Below are positions 10,173 to 17,813 of a DNA stretch of 64,000 nt, piece after piece. Origin of the DNA: a virus; IMG/VR virus record IMGVR_UViG_3300023109_003296, positions 25,845 to 89,844 of that record; one strand, given 5' to 3'. The notes below the pieces were generated by a model, which was not told the origin of the DNA, did no database searches, and was given only the letters and a program-made list of their open reading frames with translations. How positions within the stretch are numbered: the first letter of the stretch is position 1; each line of letters starts with the position of its first letter. Position numbers and translations under genes: made by a program.

Positions 10173-11141
10173 TCAAACATCATCGTTTTCAATTATTTCA
10201 CAATCTTTTAAATGATCGTAGCCGTTGAAATAATCATCGTTTTCAATAACAGAGGACTCATCCCAACCCCACTCGCTAACAGCTTCTTCGTCATCCCACT
10301 CAAGAGCTTCGGAAGAAACAGATTTATTGACAGGCTTTTTGCTCCACATCTTACAAGACCAGTAACGAGGTGTGGTTTTGTCTTTTGCGCTATCGCATTT
10401 ATGTCTGGCTCTAAAGCTACGACGACGATCAGGGTCATCTCTTTTGATCTCCATATTTGGGTCGCCAAATTTAACCATAACTACGTTGCCAGTTTTAGAG
10501 TTTTTCACATATACTCCAAACTTTTTTTTGCCATCCTTTAATCTAAAAGGCTTGTTCAAGGTTTTTTTCTCAGCTTCAGAGAACTCAAGCTCTTCAGCTT
10601 CTTGGTCTTGTTCCCAAGATTCAATGCCAGCTTTTAATAGATCAATTTTTGCTAGTTGAAATTCAATTTCTTCGAAGTCCCAGAAAGCTTCACCTTCTTT
10701 TTCGAGATAGTATTCTTCAGAACCTTTTGCAATATCGCTGTCAGCAGCTTTGTAAGACTTTTTAACTTTGCCACCTCTAGCCATTTTCAGGAAAGTATTT
10801 ACTCTAGCCATTGCCCATTGACCTCTAGTCATTCCAGGTCTGTGACTAGAACTAAATGCACCAGCACCTCTACGATATACTTTTTTAAGTTGAGCAAGAG
10901 TAACTTTCTTGGAGTGTTTTTCGTTATGTTCTTTAACTTTTGTTTGTAAAGCAGAAATAACTTTATCAGAAAACGTTATTTTTTTACCATCTTTACCAGC
11001 ACTACCCTTCTCGTTTTTGCTAGAACCTTCTTTTTTTTCGCTTTTTTTAGCAGGTGTTTGAGCCGAACCTTTTGGTCCTGGTCTTTTTGCTGACTGGCTT
11101 TCTAAAAACGTTTTTGCTTGGTCTGAAAAATCGTACTCCAT
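10173..11141 (-). CDS. Two-domain phage hypothetical protein (DUF5824-like plus DUF6321-like)
   Basis: LKKVYRRGAGAF..SHRP....QWAMARVN, then LNKPFR..KKFGVYVK...VKFGD...RRRSFRARHKC...RYWSC. Domain names recalled, not searched. Confidence 0.55.
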   Translation of the reverse strand: MEYDFSDQAKTFLESQSAKRPGPKGSAQTPAKKSEKKEGSSKNEKGSAGKDGKKITFSDKVISALQTKVKEHNEKHSKKVTLAQLKKVYRRGAGAFSSSHRPGMTRGQWAMARVNTFLKMARGGKVKKSYKAADSDIAKGSEEYYLEKEGEAFWDFEEIEFQLAKIDLLKAGIESWEQDQEAEELEFSEAEKKTLNKPFRLKDGKKKFGVYVKNSKTGNVVMVKFGDPNMEIKRDDPDRRRSFRARHKCDSAKDKTTPRYWSCKMWSKKPVNKSVSSEALEWDDEEAVSEWGWDESSVIENDDYFNGYDHLKDCEIIENDDV

Positions 11142-11150
11142 GTTAATTCT

Positions 11151-11178
11151 TTACACTAAAATTTTAAAAAAATGAAAT
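11151..11178 (-). promoter_or_regulatory. Putative phage-specific promoter ATTTCA-N17-TGTAA
   Basis: Same two elements and spacing as the sites at 48116 and 57324. Confidence 0.6.
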
Positions 11179-11179
11179 A

Positions 11180-12850
11180 TCAACCTTCACAAGATGTACA
11201 ATTCATAATAGATCTGGCTAATTCTTGACTAGGATTCATGCTTCTTTGATAATAAAAACCTTTAAGACCCATTTCCCAACCAAGAATCATAAGTTCGCTA
11301 ACCTCTTTTGGAGAGGCTTTAGGGTGAATCATTAGGTTTAAAGATTGACCTTGATCAATATGCTTTTGGCGTTGAGAGGCTTGAATTACAATTTCTTTTT
11401 GTGAAATCTCTCCAAAGGTTTTAAATACATCTTTTTCGTGATCGCTCAAGAAATTCAAATGCTTAACCGATCCGTCGTTGTGGAGAATGGACTTCCAAAC
11501 CGCTTCCGTGTTTTTACCTTTAGACTCCAACAAACTTGCTAAGTGAGGACTTCTAATTGTAAATTTACCTTTAGCTGAGTTCTTAGTATAATAATTTACA
11601 GTAGGCTCAATCCCTTGAGAAACCTGACCAAGAATAAGAGAGCTTGTCGTTGTTGGAGCAACAGCCATTGTTGTTGTGTTTCTACGACCATAACCTTTTA
11701 GGACTTCAGGCTCACCAAATACTTCCGCCAATTCTTTCGTAGCTTTGTCCGCTCTTTCTCTAATTGTTTTGAATATTTCTGCATTTTTCATTTTAGCTTC
11801 CATGCTCTCAAACGATACCATATTGCTCTGAAGATAAGAATGCCAACCAAGAACGCCCATACCTAAAGCTCTATGACGCTTTGCAAAGTTATGGTCAAAC
11901 TCCATATAAGGAATATCTTCTGTCTTCTCAATATATTCTTCCATAACAGAATCGAGGAAGTAAACCATTGTTTCAATAGCGTCTGTTTCTACAATCTCAT
12001 CCCATCTCTCTAGATTTAAGGAAGACAAGCAACAAACAAAAGACTCTGCTGGTGAAGAAGGTAAAGAAATCTCATTACATAAGTTAGAAGCATAAATCTT
12101 CATGTTCTTGTCCTTATATACTTGAGGAGCATTCTTATTAGCTGTGTCTTGGAAAAATAGATAAGGATAACCAGACTCAAATTTCTTCTGAATAATCTTA
12201 GCCCAGATCTTGCGCTTGTCAATGTCACCATTCTTCATGCCCTCCATCCAGTCGTCTGTAATTGTAACAGCAAATGACAAATCCTGAATAGCGTGACCAT
12301 CAGATCTGATGCGAAGAAACTCTTCAATATCTGGGTGATCGACAGGAAGATAAGCAGCAAAGGAACCTCTGCGAACACTACTTTGCGACACAACAGATGT
12401 TACCTTGTCAAAGAGTTCCATGAAGTGGACGGCTCCAGAAGAACTACCTCCAGTACTAATACTGTGTCCTCTACCCCTCAACTCTCCAAAATAACCAGAA
12501 GTTCCAGCGCCATGCTTTGTTTGCATGCCGACTTCCGATTGTTTGGTTAAGATGCCCTCCATGGTATCTGGAACATAAACTCCATTACAGGAAACAGGAA
12601 GTCCCCTGTTTCTGCCATAATTAGCCCATACAGGGCTAGACAGTGAATAAAATCCTAGAGACATATAATGCTCAAACTTCTCACACAAGTCAGAGAATTT
12701 ACCTTTGTGTTCTGTGGGAGCACGAGAAACAAAGTCTTTTTGAAAAGACTCTCCCACACTCAACACCCTACCCGTTAAGCTTTCGCCATCAAGGTATCCT
12801 CTGTTTAAAATCTGTTGCGAAGTTTCGTTGTTCCAATAATATTTTTTCAT
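11180..12850 (-). CDS. nrdA: Ribonucleotide reductase class I alpha subunit, no ATP cone
   Basis: SSPVWAN; PVSC; RRGSFAAYL; SNLCNEI; CCLSSLN; VAPTTTSS; DQGQSLN; GFYY; C-terminal CTSC. Confidence 0.95.
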   Translation of the reverse strand: MKKYYWNNETSQQILNRGYLDGESLTGRVLSVGESFQKDFVSRAPTEHKGKFSDLCEKFEHYMSLGFYSLSSPVWANYGRNRGLPVSCNGVYVPDTMEGILTKQSEVGMQTKHGAGTSGYFGELRGRGHSISTGGSSSGAVHFMELFDKVTSVVSQSSVRRGSFAAYLPVDHPDIEEFLRIRSDGHAIQDLSFAVTITDDWMEGMKNGDIDKRKIWAKIIQKKFESGYPYLFFQDTANKNAPQVYKDKNMKIYASNLCNEISLPSSPAESFVCCLSSLNLERWDEIVETDAIETMVYFLDSVMEEYIEKTEDIPYMEFDHNFAKRHRALGMGVLGWHSYLQSNMVSFESMEAKMKNAEIFKTIRERADKATKELAEVFGEPEVLKGYGRRNTTTMAVAPTTTSSLILGQVSQGIEPTVNYYTKNSAKGKFTIRSPHLASLLESKGKNTEAVWKSILHNDGSVKHLNFLSDHEKDVFKTFGEISQKEIVIQASQRQKHIDQGQSLNLMIHPKASPKEVSELMILGWEMGLKGFYYQRSMNPSQELARSIMNCTSCEG

Positions 12851-13824
12851 GCAAATACGCTATCTAGGTCAAATGTTTGTGATTTTTTTGAATATTCTAC
12901 AGGTCGAGAATGGAAAAAATCTGTCGAATTGTTTCCCATTAACTCCTCCTCAAACCACATTGTATCCTTGATTACAGTATTGTCAACCTCAAATGCTTTT
13001 TTGAATGAAATTTGTTGTAAGGAGTCATTAATACGCTCTTTGATAAACTCTTTAAGAAGGGGCGCACTTAAACCCTCTTCGTCAATACCATTAACCATCC
13101 AATCAATAATCTTGGCTTCTGCTGTATATGCTTGTTCAGCTTCATGCAAAATTCTCTGCTCTAACTCTTCGTCAAAAAGCTCTGGGTGTTCATCTCTAAT
13201 AGTATTGATTATTTTAATTCCTACTTGGGCGTGAATGTTTTCTTCGTTTCTAGTATACCTAACCTGTTGTTCTGTATCTTTTAATACGTTTTTATTTCTA
13301 GAGAACCAATTAATTATATAAAACTGGCTCATAAGAGATACGTTCTCAACGAAAAGTGTAAAAAGAATCAAGGAATATACATACTGCTTCTTACTGTCTT
13401 TGTAATACCTGTGATTGTATTTACGTAAATAGTTGACTCTTCCCTCAATAAAATCAAGTTTTAGATTCTCTTCAAATATTTCTTCAAGACCTAGAACCTT
13501 AAGCAATCTCTCGTATGCATTATTATGAATGACCTCAACATTAGCCATTACATAACCAAGATCGGTAAGGGCTGGGTGAGGTAAGTTATCTCCTAGTTTA
13601 GCCCAGAATTTTTTAACAGCGACTTCAATCTGACCAATAGCAGATAGTGTTCTAACGATTATCTCCTTTTGTTGATCATCCATTGATATTTGGAAGTCTT
13701 GTATATCCGAGGAAAAACTAAACTCTTTATCTGTCCAAAAGCCATTATGCATAACCTCTATGAAGTCTTCTGCCCACGGATAATTGTTAGGTTTTCTTGA
13801 TATTTGTTCCTCGAATATGCTCAT
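12847..13824 (-). CDS. nrdB: Ribonucleotide reductase beta subunit, class Id-like
   Basis: QIEVAVK (E67/K71); EVIHNNAY; ENVSL; EENIH; C-terminal DFF..RPVEY. Confidence 0.92.
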   Translation of the reverse strand: MSIFEEQISRKPNNYPWAEDFIEVMHNGFWTDKEFSFSSDIQDFQISMDDQQKEIIVRTLSAIGQIEVAVKKFWAKLGDNLPHPALTDLGYVMANVEVIHNNAYERLLKVLGLEEIFEENLKLDFIEGRVNYLRKYNHRYYKDSKKQYVYSLILFTLFVENVSLMSQFYIINWFSRNKNVLKDTEQQVRYTRNEENIHAQVGIKIINTIRDEHPELFDEELEQRILHEAEQAYTAEAKIIDWMVNGIDEEGLSAPLLKEFIKERINDSLQQISFKKAFEVDNTVIKDTMWFEEELMGNNSTDFFHSRPVEYSKKSQTFDLDSVFA

Positions 13825-13900
13825 TTCTTTATTTTATTTATTGTGTTTACGTTTCCAGCAAGGTCGGCTTTCTGCCCCCTAATCCACTCGCTGTCTTAAG

Positions 13901-13928
13901 TTACACTTTAGCTAAAATTAAGTGACAG
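13901..13928 (-). promoter_or_regulatory. Putative phage-specific promoter (TGTCA-N17-TGTAA) upstream of nrdB
   Basis: Matches the recurring motif. GTGTAACTTA is identical to the site upstream of the tape measure gene. Confidence 0.5.
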
Positions 13929-14135
13929 TCAATACAAAAATATAGTGAAATTTTTTAGTTGAATTTTTTTTTGAAAAAGTTTTAGAAAAAAGTGGAACGG
14001 TTTTATATAATAAATCGATTAGTATGAGTCTTCCGAAAAAGTTATTGGTTACGATTAAATCGAAAACTAAACGTAAGTCGTTTGTATTCGATATTTTAAA
14101 AGTCTATACGATAAGTATAACCAGTAATCGATAAG

Positions 14136-14160
14136 TATATACTATACGGTATAGTATATA
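14136..14160. repeat. Perfect 12-bp inverted repeat TATATACTATAC-G-GTATAGTATATA
   Basis: Read directly; adjacent to CGATAAGTATA direct repeats in the divergent intergenic region. Confidence 0.9.
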
Positions 14161-14203
14161 TTTAAAATATCTCATTCGAAATTTAAATTTTAATAAAGAA
14201 ATA

Positions 14204-14231
14204 TTGACACTCACTTTTTATAGCATATAAT
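14204..14231 (+). promoter_or_regulatory. Sigma-70 consensus promoter TTGACA-N16-TATAAT
   Basis: Both hexamers are perfect matches; it heads the + strand unit. Confidence 0.8.
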
Positions 14232-14238
14232 GAAAAAC

Positions 14239-14826
14239 ATGTCTGTATACGATTGCAAAATAATAAGTATATCTGGAAACGCCAGGTGTGGTAAGGACAC
14301 CATGGGAAATAACTTTTCCTCTGCATTATCAGAGATAGGAATAAAAACAAAAACTGTCTCCTTCGCTAATGAGTTAAAGAAATCAGTGAATAGTTTTCTC
14401 TTGGAACAAACTGGCATTTCTGCTTTTACAGAAGACGATGAAGAAAAGAAAATTATAAGACCATTTCTTGTTTGCTGGGGCACAGATGTAATCAGAAAGA
14501 TAGATAATAACACATGGATAAACAAACTTGAAAAAAACTTATGTGATAAATCTGTCAACATAATAACAGACTTAAGGTTCCTTAATGAACTCAATTGGGT
14601 TAAGTCAAATAATGGATTTTCCATTATGCTTGAAAGAGAGGGTATAGAACCAGCCAATGATTACGAAAAGTCAAACAACCACCAAATATCTAAGGAGGTT
14701 GACTTAAATTTTTCTGTTGGAAATTTTGAAGATAGTGAGCTTTTGATGTTGACTTCTGTTCAAATACTTGATAAACTAATTAACAAAGAAACATACGACC
14801 TATGGAAAGCGACCTGTCCCTTATAA
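14239..14826 (+). CDS. Deoxynucleoside monophosphate kinase
   Basis: ISGNARCGKDT P-loop; SFANELK; ITDLRFLNE. The track's ATG at 14230 overlaps the -10 box, so 14239 is preferred. Confidence 0.85.
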   Translation: MSVYDCKIISISGNARCGKDTMGNNFSSALSEIGIKTKTVSFANELKKSVNSFLLEQTGISAFTEDDEEKKIIRPFLVCWGTDVIRKIDNNTWINKLEKNLCDKSVNIITDLRFLNELNWVKSNNGFSIMLEREGIEPANDYEKSNNHQISKEVDLNFSVGNFEDSELLMLTSVQILDKLINKETYDLWKATCPL

Positions 14827-15374
14827 AGAAAATACAAGAATCAAAAGATGGGGATAGTCTGTCTGAATTGATAAATAGACATTCAGGAATATACGTTTAT
14901 ATTGTTGATCAGTATTCTAAAAACGAACGCATCAATACAAACAGGAAGACAATTCTTGACGAAAAAGATTATATGATATATAAGTCAGCTTTAGAATATG
15001 ATCCAAATAGAAACAGTAAGTTCTCTACATTCTTGGCAAACCAAACAAAATGGAAGTGTTTGAACGAGATAAACAAAAAGGAGAAAAGAGATCTCCCTCT
15101 CGACAATGTTCATTGTGATCTTTCTGATGAAGAAGATTCTCTTCAAAAACTTTCTAAAATAGAAGCTTTTGACGTTTTTAATCGTATGCTTTCTGAAGAA
15201 AAAGATAAAAGAGTGAAAAAAATTATTGACATCAGATACAATACCAGTAATAATAAGCTTGTGCCGTGGAAAATAGCAGCCAAGAAGTTAGAGTTAAGCA
15301 TTCAAGGCTGTATTAACATTCACGATAGATTTATAAACAAAGTAAAAACTAAATTAGACGAAAATTATGTATAA
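14802..15374 (+). CDS. Phage sigma-70-family sigma factor-like protein
   Basis: SDLSLIKKIQ..D..LSELINRH; YDPNRNSKFSTF (region 2); C-terminal HTH WKIAAKKLELS (region 4). Confidence 0.75.
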   Translation: MESDLSLIKKIQESKDGDSLSELINRHSGIYVYIVDQYSKNERINTNRKTILDEKDYMIYKSALEYDPNRNSKFSTFLANQTKWKCLNEINKKEKRDLPLDNVHCDLSDEEDSLQKLSKIEAFDVFNRMLSEEKDKRVKKIIDIRYNTSNNKLVPWKIAAKKLELSIQGCINIHDRFINKVKTKLDENYV

Positions 15375-15738
15375 CACAATAGTAGCAGCAGGTCATCTCG
15401 CATCAGATCCAGAGATGAGACAAGTAGGAGATAATAAAGTTTGTAAGATCAGGCTTTGTGTCTCAGGTAAAAGAGCCAAAGAGCCGTGTTTTATTGACGC
15501 AGAGCTTTGGAACAAACAAGCAGAAACAGCTAACCAGTATCTTACTAAGGGTAGACCCATCATCATTCAAGGCGAATTGAGAAATTCTTCTTGGGAATCA
15601 GAAGGCAAGAAATACAATAAGATGTTTATCTCTGCTTCTACCTTCCAGTTCATTGGCGGATCAAATGATTCAGAGCCAAAAACTGAGAGTAAGCAAGCTG
15701 TTAGTGCAGGTTCTGTAGATGAAGATATCCCGTTTTAA
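15367..15738 (+). CDS. ssb: Single-stranded DNA-binding protein
   Basis: GHLASDPEMR; WNKQAE; LTKGRPIIIQGEL; acidic C-terminal tail DEDIPF. Confidence 0.93.
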   Translation: MYNTIVAAGHLASDPEMRQVGDNKVCKIRLCVSGKRAKEPCFIDAELWNKQAETANQYLTKGRPIIIQGELRNSSWESEGKKYNKMFISASTFQFIGGSNDSEPKTESKQAVSAGSVDEDIPF

Positions 15739-16800
15739 ATGAAAATTTTAGTAGATGCACCACTAAATTCCTTGAGCCTTGGTAATGTTAGTTATAACAT
15801 TATCAAGGAGCTTAAGGGCAAGGGTCATGATGTGGCTGTATGGCCAATGAACGAAGGCAATGTTGATCTCTCTGCTTATAACGTTTCAGACGAATTTAAG
15901 GAGTTTTTACAAGATGCTATAGATAAGCGTTTTGATTTTCTATCTAAAGACATACCATCCATTAAGGTTTGGCATTTAAACGGATCTGAAAACAGAAAAA
16001 ATCCAAATCAGTATCTTTATACTTTTTACGAATGTAGTGATCCAACTGATATCGAGAAAAAGCTTTGCGAAGCTCAAAACAAAACAATATTCAGTTCTTC
16101 TTGTTCAGCTGAAATGTTTAATGCTGAGTTTGTTCCTCTTGGATTCGATAGAGATTTCTTCAAGACTGATAAGTCTTATCTGAAAGATGTAACTCATTTT
16201 GGTTTAATGGGTAAGTTTGAGAACAGAAAACATACAGCTAAAATCATTCAAACATGGGTTAAAAAGTATGGAAACAATAACAAATACCAATTAAGTTGTT
16301 GTGTAAATAATCCGTTCTTCAAGGAAGAAGAAATGAATCACCTTATTAACAATTCACTTGGTGGACAAAGATATACAAATGTAAACTTCTTGCCTTATCT
16401 TAAAACTAATAATGAGGTTAACGAATTATTAAACTCTATCGATATTGATCTTACTGGTCTTTCTGGAGGAGAAGGTTGGAACCTTCCAGCATTTAACGCT
16501 ACATGCCTAGGCAAGTGGAGTATTGTTCTAAATGAAACTTCCCACAAAGACTGGGCAACTAAAAACAATTCAATTCTAATTGATTCTAGTTCTAAGGTAG
16601 ATTCCCATGACGGAAGGTTCTTTATGAAGGGTTCTAACTTTAATCAGGGTCAATTTTATGATTGGGATACTGATGAAGTAGCATATGCCATGGAAAAAGC
16701 TGAAGAAAAAGTAGGACAAATTAACACAGAGGGACAAAAATTAGCGGACAAATTTACCTACTCTAAAACAGTTGATGGTATTTTATCCCATATTTCCTAG
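15739..16800 (+). CDS. GT-B (GT4-like) glycosyltransferase
   Basis: VPLG; GKFENRK; SGGEGWNLPAFNA. Confidence 0.75.
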   Translation: MKILVDAPLNSLSLGNVSYNIIKELKGKGHDVAVWPMNEGNVDLSAYNVSDEFKEFLQDAIDKRFDFLSKDIPSIKVWHLNGSENRKNPNQYLYTFYECSDPTDIEKKLCEAQNKTIFSSSCSAEMFNAEFVPLGFDRDFFKTDKSYLKDVTHFGLMGKFENRKHTAKIIQTWVKKYGNNNKYQLSCCVNNPFFKEEEMNHLINNSLGGQRYTNVNFLPYLKTNNEVNELLNSIDIDLTGLSGGEGWNLPAFNATCLGKWSIVLNETSHKDWATKNNSILIDSSSKVDSHDGRFFMKGSNFNQGQFYDWDTDEVAYAMEKAEEKVGQINTEGQKLADKFTYSKTVDGILSHIS

Positions 16801-16809
16801 GTTTTTCAA

Positions 16810-16826
16810 TTGGCACAGTATATGCA
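16810..16826 (+). promoter_or_regulatory. Sigma-54 (-24/-12)-type promoter TTGGCAC-AGTAT-ATGCA
   Basis: GG-N10-GC spacing with a TGGCAC core, just upstream of the Hsp20 ATG at 16840. Confidence 0.6.
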
Positions 16827-16839
16827 ATAGTAATATATT

Positions 16840-17160
16840 ATGACATCAATTATTAATGAATTATTGAATATTGACAGGGCTTACCAAGACACAACAAACT
16901 TGGTAAAAAGCAGCGATGACGTTTATACCGTTGAATTTGAACTTGCTGGATTTTCCAAAAAGGATGTAAAGATTACGGTTTGTGATGAAGTCTTAACAAT
17001 TGAAGCTGAAAAAAGTGGTAAAAAGAAAAAGACCCACAAGGTTTATCTAAAAAACCTAGTTTCGTTGGATGGTATTTCATCTAAAATGTCTGATGGGTTG
17101 TTAACAATAACAATGCCAAAAAAAGAAGTAAAAAAAACCTTAACCATTAACGTCGATTAA
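16840..17160 (+). CDS. Small heat-shock protein (Hsp20/alpha-crystallin)
   Basis: ELAGFSKKDVKI; LTIEAE; DGLLTITMPK. Confidence 0.9.
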   Translation: MTSIINELLNIDRAYQDTTNLVKSSDDVYTVEFELAGFSKKDVKITVCDEVLTIEAEKSGKKKKTHKVYLKNLVSLDGISSKMSDGLLTITMPKKEVKKTLTINVD

Positions 17161-17183
17161 TCTCTAGTTATTGTTCATCATGA

Positions 17184-17213
17184 GCGGGTGTAGTTGAAAA
17201 ACTACGCCCGTTT
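17184..17213 (+). terminator. Stem-loop after hsp20, putative intrinsic terminator
   Basis: GCGGGTGTAGTT-GAAA-AACTACGCCCGT followed by a short T run. Confidence 0.6.
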
Positions 17214-17227
17214 GTATATAATAAAGT

Positions 17228-17617
17228 ATGCCCATTTACGAATACCGAAATCCAGAAACAGGAGAGACCGCAGAAGTCATTCAAACGATGTCAGAGGATC
17301 ATGTTTACTTTGATGCTGAAGGTCTTGAATGGAAAAGAGTACTCGTTGTTCCAAATATGTCTATAGACTCTCAGATTGACCCTAATAGCCAAAAAGAATT
17401 CATACAAAAAACAAGTAACAAAAAAGGCTCTCTTGGAGACATAATGGATTACAGTAAAGAATTAAGTGAAGCTCGTTCAGATAAAAATGGAGGAATAGAT
17501 CCAGTAAAGGAAAATTATTATAAGGAATATGCTGCTAAAAGGAAGGGTGCAAAACACGTAGACCAAATGAAATCCGAAGTTAATAAAAACAGCCAGGTTA
17601 ATATAGATTTTGATTGA
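17228..17617 (+). CDS. FmdB-like protein (MPIYEY start, Cys lost)
   Basis: MPIYEYRNPETGE N-terminus. Confidence 0.6.
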   Translation: MPIYEYRNPETGETAEVIQTMSEDHVYFDAEGLEWKRVLVVPNMSIDSQIDPNSQKEFIQKTSNKKGSLGDIMDYSKELSEARSDKNGGIDPVKENYYKEYAAKRKGAKHVDQMKSEVNKNSQVNIDFD

Positions 17618-17642
17618 AAAGTCGACCGACTTTTTATTTGCA

Positions 17643-17807
17643 TCATCCTCCAGTTCCAAATTTTTTACCAAATCTTTTGTGCCACTGTTGTATTGCTTCT
17701 CCTGCTGAGTGGCCTTTTGTTATAAATTCTTGTCCAAATTCAGATTTATATATAGCAGTCCAAATTCCTGTTTTTTTATCTCTTTTTAATGACGGTTTAA
17801 TATTCAT
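17643..17807 (-). CDS. Small hypothetical protein (54 aa), absent from the ORF track
   Basis: Manual translation MNIKPSLKRDKKTGIWTAIYKSEFGQEFITKGHSAGEAIQQWHKRFGKKFGTGG*. It starts just after the stop of the upstream LRR gene and fills the gap. Confidence 0.55.
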   Translation of the reverse strand: MNIKPSLKRDKKTGIWTAIYKSEFGQEFITKGHSAGEAIQQWHKRFGKKFGTGG

Positions 17808-17813
17808 ATTAAA

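Noticed and set aside
14000-14160. CRISPR array or tRNA in the intergenic region
   Set aside because: The repeats are short and irregularly spaced; no cloverleaf or T-loop signature is seen here or in other gaps.
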